NCBI GenBank assembly: GCA_047495785.1
Contig: JBLDXI010000012.1
Span: 372,001-436,000 of the forward strand
Length of the DNA: 64,000 nt
Origin: Lepidodermella squamata
Lineage: Eukaryota > Animalia > Gastrotricha
Direction of reading: 5' to 3'
Of this stretch, positions 49,083-61,639 are shown piece after piece. How positions within the stretch are numbered: position 1 is the first letter of the stretch; the number at the start of each line of letters is the position of its first letter. Both the position numbers and the translations under genes were made by a program. The notes beneath the pieces were generated by a model. The model ran no database searches. It saw nothing but the letters and a program-made list of their open reading frames with translations, and had not been told where the DNA came from.

Positions 49083-52000
49083 TTAGGATTTGACCGTAAA
49101 ATCCCAATCATTCTAGAAAAAATAAATGTTAGAAAAATGAAGAAAAAAAATTAAAAACGGTAAAATACCTCTCGAGCTTTAAGAACATCATGGATGAAAA
49201 ATCGGATCCGGGATGACTGCGACTTGTCTTTCGAAAATTTGTGAAGGCTTCCGAGACATTCCTGGCGCCACCATTGGTTAAGGTTTTTGCCCGAGCCTTC
49301 CTGCTTTTTACTACTAATTTCATCCTCCATTTGCTTGCCGACATCGCGCAACAGTTTGCAAAGACTCTCCAGGGTGTCCTCATTCGGGTCGGAGAGCAGC
49401 CGCTTAACACAGCCGACGATGATTGAAAGATTGATTTGGTAGTTTCGGTAAAGTTCGCTGATAAAGCGGATGTTACCGAGATATTTAGCTTTCCGCACGT
49501 TTTTAAACTCCTCGAGATTCTCAGACGCGTCTTTCTTCTCAGCATCGGTCTTCGCTTTTTCCAACTCGCGCTCAAGTTCCTCCAACCTCGCCGCGCCATG
49601 ATCGTGCTCCTCAAATTCGCGCTGGCAAAATGTGAGCATAACACGGCGGAATGACACTTTTTCACCGCTTTCATTCGCGATAAATTCGATCTAAAAAAAT
49701 TTAAATAAAAAAATAGTTGAAAAAATTGCAATAATTTACCTGGCTGAGATGAATGAATAATTGAGCGTAGATGTCGGCAAGTTTCGGCTCGGAAATCGCC
49801 TTGGCAAATATGATGCCAACAAAGTCGGTGAACAGCTTCATTTTGTCGTCAACCTTCTGCATGCGCTCTTCATTTTCATTGCTCAACTGCTCGTAAATGC
49901 GGCGGGTCATGACCTCGTAATTTTCAATCGTCATCTTATTCAACGTTCCTCGCAATTCACGGAAAATCTCCTCCGCCGGCGAGCGTTGCTTCATCATTCG
50001 TTTCATGGGCGAAACTTCGACGGCGATATCGCGAGGAATCGACGCGTTTCTCGGCAACGAAGGACTTCCGTTGCCTTTCAGCTCCAATAACGCCAATCTA
50101 CTGTAGCTTCGTTTAATATTAGATGATGAATCATTACGTGGAATTGCGGTTTCGTCGTTTTCATTTTCAATCGTTCGTGGGGGCGGCGGCGAGGGGGACG
50201 CTGGTGGCCGGCGAAGTGGCGCTAATACAGCGTTGAAGAACGAGTTGATCTCAGTCGCCGGTTTCGTTTCGGGCAATTTTGCTTCCTCTGGCGCGGTTTT
50301 GGCAATGAACTCGATTGGTGAATCAGACGATGAATCATCGTCCACATCGGCCGCATCTGTCTTAATTGTACTCACAGCCGCGTCGTCATTTTGCAGTACT
50401 GACACGTCATCGCATTGCGGGTTAGGCGGGTCCGATGAAAGCTGTGCGGTAGATGATTCAACTTGCGAAACAGGTTTTTCAGCAATAACAACGTCATTCA
50501 CTTGGCTCTAAAAATTATGATAATAAATTGTAAATTTATGTAAATGCGTGAAAATTTTTCTAAAAATCCCTCCTTAAAAAAATCAAGAAAATAAATTGAC
50601 AAGTGAAAAGTGGGGTTCAGCGAAATGTTTCACATCGTGAGATTTCGATGCTGCTTTCAAGATCAATGAACGAGAAGTTGAATGATATCAAAAAGAGGTT
50701 GATAGTCATCAGGGTTGCTGAGAAAATTGGCTGCAAAGTTTATGGGTGAAAATTGCCAGTTTGCTGACGAGAAAAGCGCGCTCAGTTTTTTATTGCATCA
50801 ATAATAACTTGTCGCGCAATAAATTATGATGTTATTTTCTTATGCGCAGTAGAGATTTTTGGGGTAATTAAGCCTTTTCGGCGACACCTTGGGGTCTCCC
50901 GTCTTTTGAGGTGCATGGTAGCCTTCTAGTGGTCTGAATTCTGACAATTCAAAATCCTCAAGAAAAACTGAGTAAGAACTCCCTCTTCCCTCTTCAAGTC
51001 AACACACTTTATGCCATTTGCAGGAAAATTCAGAAAATACTGTAACGTGGTCTTATTTCGGACAAAAACCTGTTTTTCGGGCTTAATTTTTTGAGGTGAA
51101 CGAATTTTTTGACGTACTTTGCGCCAAAAGATGCACCTTGAAAAACTGCATATCCTAGTGTTAATCGCGGTTAAAATATACCTTCTCCAGCACAGGTATT
51201 CACGGGTATTCACGGATAACTGACTCGGCTAATTTCGGACACAACTGGGGTAATTTCGGACAGCTGAGTGTGAATATTTAGATTAGGGCCGAAGTTCACA
51301 TTAAAGCGAGATAAAATTTGTGAGCAGATTTAAAAATAAAAAATAAATTGCATGTTGAGGGATTTGAACCCCCGATAGCGAATTGGTGCTCTCAAGCCAG
51401 TTCAGTGCTATTCTCACTAAAATATTAAAGTTTAAAAACTGTCAAGGTCGATTGAATTCTCTGTAGTTGGAGGCTGTCCGAAATTAGACGGGGGATATCG
51501 GTTTTTCTGGCGGAATTTCAGGTAAAATGTCTCGTATAAATTTGTTCCAAACATGCCAGCCTAACTAAATTCGATGCGCTCTTTCTTTTGCGCTTCTATC
51601 CGGCAAAAAATACTGCCATTTGAGAAAGTTGGCAATTTTTTACCTCGGCGCTCACCTGCGAAGAAGTGCAACCATTCTTCGTAAACAAATCCGTTTGTAA
51701 TGTTTCAGGTGTCATTTGAAAGACAAGACTCTGGGCTATCTCCTGCATTTTGAACAGTATTTCTATCTACCAGGGTTGTGGAGAAACTCACGCTAAAAGC
51801 CAAAAGTGTCCGAAATTACCCTGTCCGAAAAAGGACTGCGTTACAGTACGCCACTTTTCACTTTGTAACGGTAAATTAGCAAAATAAGACAAACAAACCG
51901 TGGGTGATGCTGATGAAAGAGGCGTTTGATTCACGGGGGTCGATTGCTCCGAGATTTTAGAAGCCGCAGCTTCAACGGGTGCCGCGTCAATAACAAGGGT

Positions 52001-52714
52001 AGTTGGCTCGCGGGCAGATCCTAACAACTGCATGGCGTCATTCACCGGGGTCGAAGCCTCTGATGGGTAGCCGGAATCATCCGGGGCCGGTACTACGACT
52101 TGTTTCTCCGTTTTCGGATTAATAATCGGTATCGGATTCCTTTTGCGTTTGAAAATCACCGGGGCTGAAGGAGGCTCGACTGCCGGGGTTTCGAATGGGT
52201 AGCCACCACCCGACTGCTGGATGATTAAATTGATACCGCTTGGTAATTCTGAGGTGGGCAAGAATTGCGGCCCGCCAATTGAAATCGCATTGGTGTCAAG
52301 CGTCATGTAAGCGCCATTCGGTTGTTGGGGGTAAATGTACTGCTGCTGCTGCTGCATACGAGGGGGTCGATTCGAAGGTAAACCTGCTCGAGCTTGCTGA
52401 TCATTGAAATTACTGCTGCTCAACCGGCTGTTACTCCGAGTAACCGCAGCTTGGTCGGGAATGAAATTTGGCGGCATCGGAGCAGTTGCTGGCTGCACTG
52501 CGGGTGCATTTTGGGCCCACGACGGCACAAAATTAGGCACAGCGGCTTGAGCTGGCACAAAACCAGTCGGTTGTTGAGGAGCCGCGTAATATTGGCCTAT
52601 GTTTGCTGATTAGTAAATTTTACCGCATTTCCGTATAATTTTACCTGTAAAAGCTGGGTTTTGTAGCTGCTGTTGTTGCTGCCAATAAAAATCGTTGTAG
52701 TTTGGTGCAAACAT
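49083..52714 (-). CDS. EIF4G: eIF4G-like protein with PABP motif, eIF4E motif and MIF4G, but no MA3/W2
   Basis: Q/P-rich N-terminus; KRKRNPIPIINP (PABP-binding-like); KRSYSRLALLEL (YxxxxLPhi). MIF4G motifs RGTLNKMT, FAKAISEP, FRRVMLTFCQREFE, LGNIRFISEL, ESLCKLL, RIRFFIHDVLKARE|NDW, then stop at 49083. Confidence 0.82.
51040..51846. mobile_element. Tc1/mariner(pogo)-type MITE in the eIF4G intron, 807 bp
   Basis: TA flanks (51038-51039, 51847-51848). TIRs CTGTAACGTGGTCTTATTTCGGACA versus the reverse complement CTGTAACGCAGTCCTTTTTCGGACA. Internal TAATTTCGGACA motifs in both orientations. Confidence 0.8.
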
Positions 52715-53834
52715 TTGTAAAATATAATAAAAAATAAAATTCTAGTGAAGCAAAAATTAAATTGCGGTCAAAAAGTGCAAGGTCGAATTTAGGGTATAAC
52801 TTCGTCTGAGAACAGGAAACGCAATCGAGCCCCGTCTATTCTTTGCCCTTTCAGTGAAAAATAGATCAAAACATCACTTCATCGAAAATCGCTAACACGT
52901 GTGCTCCTGTCTGGAAAGTAATAAGCTTTCGGCGCAGTCGTGCAATAAACGTGTGTAGATAGGTAATGCATGGCAAAAAAACACAACATGTGCCTATCGC
53001 TTTTTTTGCCGGGTATATAGAAAAAAACGTTGGCACATTAATAATAATAATAAAAATGCGACGCACAGCGTGTTCTTTCATGCCAAGCTGTTTTTTTCGT
53101 ATAAGATGATTCATCACATGGGCGGGAGCGCGATGACTAATTCTACGCGACATGAATGCGCGTCATCATTGTATTAATATTATCTACTTTTAACGTATAA
53201 TAATAATAATAGTAATGTGTATTCGCAGTGGTAACACAACTATGCATCCGAACATTTAGTCCTATTATTGTCGCCGCCGCCGAGCGAGAAGGTGTAGTAT
53301 TTCCAATAGTATTATCATCGCTGTTTCTGGCTGCGAAAAAATGCCGTGCGTTGCTTCGCGATAAAAAATACGCGCGCACTACTCATATCGTGGCTTATCC
53401 CGCCGCATCAAATTACTGTCGCGAGTATTTCCTGTATTTCTACTACGAATAAGGGAACCACGCTATTTGAAACAAAAAATCATTCATAAAATTATTTTTT
53501 ACGCATTTCACACGAATCGCTGCGTAGTATTTTTGCTTTCCCTATGGATGATGGATGGTAAAGTACGCGGCGCCGAGGCTGATTCTAGCAATTACGCGCT
53601 GCTGATAGCTGTGCCCACTCGCGCCTCCTCCCCCACTCGATACACAGCGTGATAAGATTGATTTTGCGCGTATAATAAGAAACGTTTTTTGACCTTTTAA
53701 ATCATCTAATTTCCGATTACAAAGCTTACGATGTTTGAGCTAGAAAAATACAATTCTACGAAGTTTTTACTGGTCATTTGTCAACAAGCCAAAAACAAAA
53801 TCAAGATGAAACGAGATCAAAAAATGTTCGGTGC

Positions 53835-55271
53835 TTAATTGCCCATTTGCGTCGGTCCCCCACGTTTCTTGGTCAGTTTGGCATCACGTGCTGCAATGGA
53901 GTTCGATACAAATTCGATCGTTGCTTCGTTTGAGGGGGCTGGAAAAAATTGAGAAATGAAACACTAAAATTAAGACAAAAATCAACTCAATTTACTTGCA
54001 TTTTCGTTTTGCTCGGAAGTTGTTTCAGAGTCGGAAATATCGGAAATGTTGCCTCGAAATTCGTCAGTTTCGTCGTTGGCGGTCGTCCCCGTCGCTTCCG
54101 CTTCGTCACCACCTAAAGCGATTTTCAAGCTCTCAAACTGACCGAGGACGTGCTGCTCGAGGCATTCGTCGAACAACACGTCAGCAGCACTCGGTCGGTT
54201 TGACATTCGGAACTGCAACATCCGGCTCGTGAGGCTGCGATAATTCTCAGAAAATTGACCCGGAATTTTTTTGGCAGGTCTGAGGATAGAAACCTTGAAA
54301 ATTAAGACATTTAAATTAAATTTCTTCTCACGGTTTCGCCATTTGCGTGACCATTTCAGTTTGATTGAAGCCGTGGAATGGCAGGTCGAAAACAGCGAGT
54401 TCGAAAAGCAACACGCCCATTGACCAAATATCGGTTTTGAAATCGATTTGATTCTTGAAAACCTCAGGGGCTCGATAGCACCAAGCAGCCAGCGGGTCTT
54501 CGCTAGACTCTACAGGAATTTTACATCTAAAAAAGCGCAAAATTTTGAGTCTTGTAGACATTTTGATTTAGGTATAGACTAACGTTTCGCGGAACCTTGC
54601 TAGACCGTAATCACTAACTTTAACCAAGGAGCAAGAGGCGTCTTCGAAAAGAATGTTCTGTAAAGGAAATTGTTGAAGATTATATTGAAAGATTCAATTC
54701 ACTTGCCTGGCAGTTCAAAGATCCGTGCATTAGTTTGTTGCTATGAAGATAATGAATAGCTGTTGCGATCGAGAAAAACCATTCAAGAATCTTGAATTTT
54801 GGTCAGTGAAAATAGAGTATTTCGAAGTTTGAAGATCTACCTGTTTCTCAGAGAATCGGGAGTTTTTCGAATGATATTCCGAGATTTTCTGTCTCATTGA
54901 CCCACCGCTGCAAACTTCCATTACAAACACCCATTTTTTCTTTATCAAGTCTGCAAAATTAATTTTCAATTTCCTTTGATGGATCGAACGTGAAAAACTA
55001 ACCGCCTTTAACAACGTCGATTATTCTTACCAGCTCAGAGCACGGAAGTCTCAACAAAGCTTTAGCCTGAAAATTCTGTGAAATTAACTGAAATTTAGAG
55101 GATCAATTGTCTCACCTCAACAATGGCTTTCTTTAGCTGATCGGAATTTTTGAGATCATCGGTCGAGAATTCCTTCAACACGACAACTTCATTGTCAGCT
55201 ATGCGTCGAGCTTTGGAAGTGGTACAAAATCGACCCCGGCGCAGGATAGAGTCAACTCTGAACCGGCTCAT
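53835..55271 (-). CDS. NEK-like pseudokinase (multi-exon)
   Basis: MSRFRVDSILRRGRF..., VVLKE, FVMEVCSGGS, ILEWF..IATAIHYLH, catalytic loop HGSLNCQN, DYG, YRAPE, KTDIWSMG, NRPSA. One GC-AG intron (54658-54706). Confidence 0.78.
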
Positions 55272-55629
55272 CCAATCGAGATAGAAAAATTTCTAAAGCG
55301 AATGGAAATAAAAAGTTATCATTTGATGTTATTCAGATTTTAGGGTTATATTCAGGAAAACCCGGGATATTTCACTTTGAAACTTGATATTTCAACCCAA
55401 AAAACAGGCACAAATTTTCGGCAGAATAGTTTTATTCACAACACAGTTTGAATGCTTGGAATGTATCCGATAGAAATTTTATACTAGAAAAAGCGGAGAA
55501 ACGAAAGAAGATGCTCACTCGATCGATCATATAGGTGAGATCAAACTATTCTGCCGCAGGGGCAAAACCGGGGTCTAGGTCAGCAGGTTTGAAGAAATGT
55601 TTAACACAGGTGTCGCGCCATGTCCCGAT

Positions 55630-56406
55630 TTACAAGGCTCCGCCCATAGCTTGGCAAAGGTGCAGGCGAACGGTTTCATTCAGGCCCTTCATTCCGTGCA
55701 GGCTCAGGAATTGGCCGCGGAAGGTCGGGTTAGCCAGGGTGAAATTTCCGCTCAGATCAATGACAACGTTTGGCGTGGGGTAAGTCGAGACGGCGGCTTT
55801 CTTCGCTGCGTCGGTGATAACCAGGGTGAGAGCGGTGGCTGAGGCTCCCTCTGGGCGGCTGGTGGGCTGTTCGGCCAACAGGGCGTCGCTGCTAAGCACG
55901 TGGGCGAGATGCATGGCGCCAGGGCTGGGGCCTCGAGGACCATGGCCGGGCTTGGGCTTACCGAAGAGGGGCTCAGGCGCAGCGGCGGTTTGGTTCAGGT
56001 AGAACTTGGTCTCGTTGGCGAAAATTATCACAACGCTCTGCGGAAATTAAGCAAATAAACTTCAGATCTTCATTTCGTTTCTTTAACTTACGTTTCCCTT
56101 GGTGAAAGACCGGCTGATCGAATCTACGAACTCAGCAATGTCTCCAATCATCGGGCTAGGCTTCGGGGGAGGGGGTGGCGGTGGGTTCCTACCGGGCTTG
56201 CCGCCCATTGGTGGTTTCGGAGCAGCAACTGGTTTCTTCGGCTGGGCAACGTCGATAAATACATCGAGGGACTTGCCGCTAATACCCGACAAGCACTTAT
56301 CTAGGGCTGCAAAGGAAGGTGGTGCGAAGAAGTGCTCGTGGGAGCCGCTTTTGTCGAAAGCTGAGGCATAGGCCACAGCGACTAAAACCAGGGTAAACTT
56401 ATACAT
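55630..56406 (-). CDS. Secreted degenerate vWA-like protein, member F (Pro-rich inserts)
   Basis: MYKFTLVLVAVAYASA; KCL...SLDVFIDV, VIIFANETKFYLN, PTSRP...LTLVITD, VVIDLSG, VRLHLCQAMGG. Confidence 0.78.
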
Positions 56407-56852
56407 GCTTCAAGTTCAGGGAGATCCGATACTTTTCGGTAAAAATGGAATGTATGCCGATATGCTATGCTGGCTAAGTCTTTAAATAGTGAGACATCAA
56501 CGTGCTGTCGTGGTTTGGCCTTATTACAGCAATATTTACACAGCGTTACGGAACACAATAGAAGGCGATGAAAAAAGAAGCGCGGCGTGTCGTAAACAAC
56601 CTTAATTAGCCGACAGAAACACCTTAAAAAAGTGCACGAATTTTTTACCGATGCGACATGGTGTTTTTTACTATTATAACCGAGATAGCAAAAAAAGACA
56701 AGAAACACGTCATTTATCATGGACCAATTTCTGGCTACATAGTATACTAATTTAACAGGTCACTGGCGCTAAAGGACGCGTGATAAACTGTAATAATTAG
56801 CAAGCAGAATTCAAGCAAGAATCAAACAAGAGCCAAAGTATGAAAGTCATAT

Positions 56853-57974
56853 TTAATAGGCATTTTCGATTTTTCCAATAGACATCTCATTCGATTCGTC
56901 CGCTTGGCCGGTATTACCCCCAATCGCCTAATAAAAAAATATTAAATTAACATCCGATTTGTTCAAATTTTATACCTGGCAAATCATGAATTGAACAGTT
57001 TGAACGAATCGGTCCAGTGAACTTGAGGTCGGAACGATGAAAAGATTGCGCTTCAAGTAGTTGCGGGTGTTAGCGGCAACTTTTCCGCCGATATCTAGCA
57101 CAATCACATTGTCGCTCCTCGGGGCAAGGCTTGAAATGGGATTTTTCTGCTCCGAATCGGTTATTACAACAGTGAAGAATGTCGGCTTGGCGCTCTCGTT
57201 CTTCTCAGTCGGAAATTCTGAGAATAAGAATAATTCATCAGTCATCCTGAATTTTGAATCTCAAAACTCACCAATAGGCTCGTTGTAGGCCTGAGCGTTG
57301 AAGAGCTGCATCATGAGTTGCCTAAGGCTAGGCAGTGGTTTTTCAACGGGACCCGAAAACGAGTGTTGGTACCACCATTGAACCATGCTACCGCCTTTGA
57401 AATTCGTTTGGGTGAACCCAGTGACCGGGGCAGGGGTGGTCGTGGTCACAACCTCAACCGGCTCCGGTGCATTCAAGTAATATCTGGTCTGGTTACCCGG
57501 CTCGCCATCAACAATCACGGCGTACAACTAAAAAAATCGATTTTAAACTGATTTTTCGTAATTTTTTTCTCATACGTTTTTCTTCGGAATCGCCCTGCTC
57601 AGTTCGTCAACAAAACCGGCAACGTCATACTGGTTAATGGGCGACTGGCGGGTCATCATCATGGGCGGCCACCAGAGACTGTCTTCCTGATCCGCGTTTC
57701 GCCACGATTTAATGTCGACCACAACATCGACCGCGCCATTCACCGATGCGAGGCACTTTTCTAGAAAGTCGTCAACATCGTTGCGCCGCGTCTCGAACGG
57801 ATTCATCATCATCATTTGCGACATCATGCGATGCGGTGACATCACCGTCGCTCCCTTGTGGCGGCCTGTTTTAAAATCGTAGGGATTAAAGCCGTGCGGT
57901 TAGGAAATAAACTTACGCGCCCAAGACGTGCCGACTAAACACAGCGCAATCAGCAGAAAATATCGAAAATTCAT
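56853..57974 (-). CDS. Secreted degenerate vWA-like protein, member G (Met-rich inserts, 5 exons)
   Basis: MNFRYFLLIALCLVGTSWA; KCL...AVDVVVDI, LYAVIVDG...YYLN, FPT...FFTVVITD, VIVLDIGG, VQFMICQ|AIGG; stop at 56853. Confidence 0.78.
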
Positions 57975-58690
57975 CGTATTTTCAAACTGGGTTACAGTTG
58001 AACTAGTAACAGTAAGCAGTGTTTACAGAGATGTGGTTTCGTTGCAAGTACTATAATTCAGTTTGTATGAGACAGAAGGCGGCTATTTATAAGCGACATG
58101 GAAGCCTCTCGAAACATGTTACGCTGGCAATGCACTATTGTTTACACGGTAATCCTATATGCTAAAAGCTGCCGCTGTGCTTTTCCTGACACGTCAGAGG
58201 CGAGGCGCTGGTGCGAAACAAAGCGTTTCAAATCGCGTGCCATTTAGTCACGTTCATTATGTCGTCGCGCCACAGCTGAATAATTATGAGGCGCAAAAAT
58301 TCGAGAAAAGTTCAGCCAATTTATAACAATAATCGCAAAAAAATTTGGCAGAAACTTGAACACGAAAAACGCTTAACCTAATTTCTGATTTTTTTGACCA
58401 ACTAAAACAGCTGAATAATTACAGCCTCTCGACCACAATTAAAAATGCATCGTGAGCTCATGAACAGATTAACCCTTACTTCATGTTACTCATGCATATA
58501 TTCGAAGAAAACAAAATCAACAGGAATAATCATATAATTTCGTTTTTATTAAATTAGAAGTCAGTTAGAAATTCAGTTAGAAAAAGCAAAAAAGTGAGCA
58601 AAAAGTGAGGCGTTTGTGAAAAGGGTACAAAAGTGCTTGCTTTCGTTCAGAGTGAGCATGAAAGCTTGAACAGTGGCAACAACAATATCA

Positions 58691-60847
58691 CTATTTAGCC
58701 ATGCCGGTTAATTGGGTGAGAATTTTTTCAGAAGCGGCAGTAAGTGCGCTCAATTGGGTAGAGAGTGCGGCTTCAAGAGACCGCGCTTCTTGCGCGCTAT
58801 GCCGCTCCCACTCGGAGAGAATAGATTGAGGTAGATATACTGAATAGTCCCTGGCAGATTTTTCTGTCTCCGCAACGGTGATTTGAGAATTGTTCGACCT
58901 GGGGCGATGATCTTCGTTCGACGCTAAACTTGGCGTAGATGCTGATAGATGAGCGTTTTCTGCTAATACATTTCTCGCGGCATTTTTGGTCGGGTGCGCC
59001 GATTCGAGAGGTATTTGCCTGAAAGCCGGAGAAACCATGGTAGTTTGGCCTACCGAGCCTGTTTCCATCTGGTGATTTTGCATTGAAGACGGCGGTTGAG
59101 CGACGAAAGTCGGCGATTCGGCGGACAAGAGTGAAACCATTTGATTAGGCATATTTTGTTGGTTCGTGTTGAAAATCGGCGATATTGTCGTGGCAGGAGA
59201 AGCAGTCATAGCAGCTCTAAGCTTATCGTCGGCTTTTTTACGAGCTCGAAGCTCAGCAGAAAGCTAAAAATACCAATAATCAAATTGTTTCGACGTAATA
59301 CCAAGACTTACTCTTTTATATTGTTTTGCTTCTTCGGCGGATTCTTCCACCCTCCGCTGAGCTTGCTCAAGTTCGAATCTTAGCCGGCCATTTTCAGCTA
59401 GTTGATCGAATAAGGAAGCTCTCTCTTGAGCTAACGAATCGATTCGCTGTCGGGCCTCACTGAGCTCAACTCGAAGACGATTGCTTTCAGACCGGGCTGA
59501 TTCGAGTTGTTGCTGAATATTGATATCTTGGCTGATTCCTTGATGAAGCTGATTCTTCAGATGCGCCTCTTGTGCCGTCGACTTTTTCAGCATGGATTCA
59601 AGTTGCGAAATTTGCATTTTCAAATCGCTGACTTCGAAGTCGCGTTCCCGAGCTAGGCGAGCTATTTCAGCCTTCAGCGACTCGCTTGTTTCTCGCCAAC
59701 GTGACGCAGCCGCGTCGGCTTCCGCGACTTTGCATTCGAGATCGTTTCGCTCTGATCGCAGAGTTTCCAATTTAGAGCCCATTTGAGCTACTTGCCGACG
59801 GAGCTCTGATATTTGAGACTTCTGTTCAGCAGCTTTCTCCGTAAAACTGTTCCCTAATTGGGAGCCATTGGCTGAAACCTTCAGGGAATTTATGGCTTTT
59901 TGGAGGTCGGCAATGCGGCAGGAACACGCGGAGTGTTCACTAGTTAATCGGGCTAAAGCGAGTTTGGTCCCGTCGAGTTCAGCCGTTAGCCGCTTTACTT
60001 CGTAATCTTTTTTAGCAAAATCTTCCTCCAGTTTCCGTTTCTCCTCAACCGTTTGTTTTTGAACTTGCCGAGCCAGAATAAGAGCTTTCTGAAGGCCTTC
60101 GATGCGATTGACGTGTTCTGCGAGTAATCGCTCGTATTCAGCATTCCGCTTCTCGACTTCGGCCATTCTCGCTTGAAAACGATCTTCGACTTCACGCACG
60201 TTACCAGCTTTGTTCAAAGATGCGGACTGAATGGACTCGATTTCACGCTGCAACTCCTTAAATTTAACTTGCAGAGTTTCTTTCTGCATTCTCGTTTCCC
60301 GTAGCTCTCCTGTTAACTTGACTCTTTCAGACTCCAGCACCCCTATGGTTCTGCCACTTTCTGCAAGTCTCGTTTTCGCTTTCGCCAAATCATGATCGCG
60401 TTGTGCAACTTCTCGGGTTAAATCTTGGTGTAATTTTGAAGAACGTTGCTGCTCTTCTTTAATGCGGGATTCGCACTGCATTCGAAAAGTCTTCACTTGC
60501 TCGTCCAAATCTTTCAAGCGATCTTCCAGCTTCCGCTTACTCTCTTCCATTTCCTTTTTGAGCTATCAAAGCAAAAGTCACAAGAAGCAAGAATTAGTCG
60601 AATATGACAAAAAGATCAACCAAACCTGGTCCTCGCGTGACTGACGGTCGGCTAATACAGTTTGCAGCTCCTTATTTTTAGCTTCGATTTGTGCCTCGAG
60701 CTCCCTTTTTTGCGCAGTCCAGATGCGCATTTTATGACCGACAGCTCCATCGATAGCTGTCAATAAGCTAACGTCGTTAGAAGCTATCGCAGCTCTCCGA
60801 TTTCCGAGAGTTCCACAGCTGTGACACGTAGGACAACGATCCTCCAT
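58691..60847 (-). CDS. CEP63: CEP63/DEUP1-family centrosomal coiled-coil protein (3 exons)
   Basis: The N-terminus LLTAIDGAVGHKMRIW..QKRELE resembles CEP63 LMKQIDIMVAHKKSEWE. Long coiled coil. The C-terminal LEAALSTQLSALTAASEKILTQL resembles the CEP63 terminal helix. Confidence 0.65.
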
Positions 60848-60997
60848 AAATCAAATGAATTTTTAACCGTTCTAGTTAATGAAATGCGTGTACTTATTAA
60901 AGTACCAAAGAAGCCTGAGTTCCGAGGACAGAATGTCATCAACCCCCAACCCCCAGCTTTCTATTAGCCGGTCTTTCAGCAGTAGGTCTCTAGTGAT

Positions 60998-61639
60998 GCC
61001 GTAAGGTATTCCGGGATAGCCCCAATGTATAGTATACATCGTGTATAGCGCGCACTTGTATACTATACAACCGTATACTATACAGCGTGTATACTATACA
61101 TGTATACTATGCAACCATGGAGTGCGCACTAGGTGCTTGTATACCATGCATGTATACTATACAAGTCGCAACTTCTTGAGCGCGCTTCTATGCAATCTAC
61201 GCGCACTCTACACAAGAAACAGCTTTTTAAAGCTCCTGTAATCAACTATTTTCGAGCCAATCAAATTATTACTCTTCTAGACATGTCCCTCATTCCACAG
61301 TCTGGCCACAATTCAATTTGACTGTAAAATTCATACCTAATTTTCCCGAAGCTGAATGCTAAACGTTTGTTCATAGAGCCTAGAGCAACTACCGATTTAT
61401 CTAAATTCGAATGTTAAGCAGGGGGTCATGCTTCTACCAACTTGATTTGCATTTTAGGTTTGAAAATGGCCGTAATTTTGCCGTACTTGTATGGTATACA
61501 AGTGCGCGCGCGCATCCGCAGCTTGTATAGTATACATGTATAGTATACACGCTGTATAGTATACGGTTGTATAGTATACAAGTGCGCGCTATACACGATG
61601 TATACTATACATTGGGGCTATCCCGGAATACCTTACGGC
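60998..61639. mobile_element. Young MITE with ~115-bp near-perfect TIRs and an 8-bp TSD, 642 bp
   Basis: TSD CTAGTGAT (60990-60997 and 61640-61647); termini GCCGTAAGGTATTCCGGGATAGCCCCAATG / reverse complement; TGTATACTATACA subrepeats. Superfamily not assigned. Confidence 0.92.

Noticed and set aside
61041-61321. Short Tyr/Thr-rich ORFs and a CRISPR-like look of the TGTATACTATACA repeats
   Set aside because: They lie within MITE TIRs; there are no unique spacers or cas genes, and the DNA is eukaryotic.
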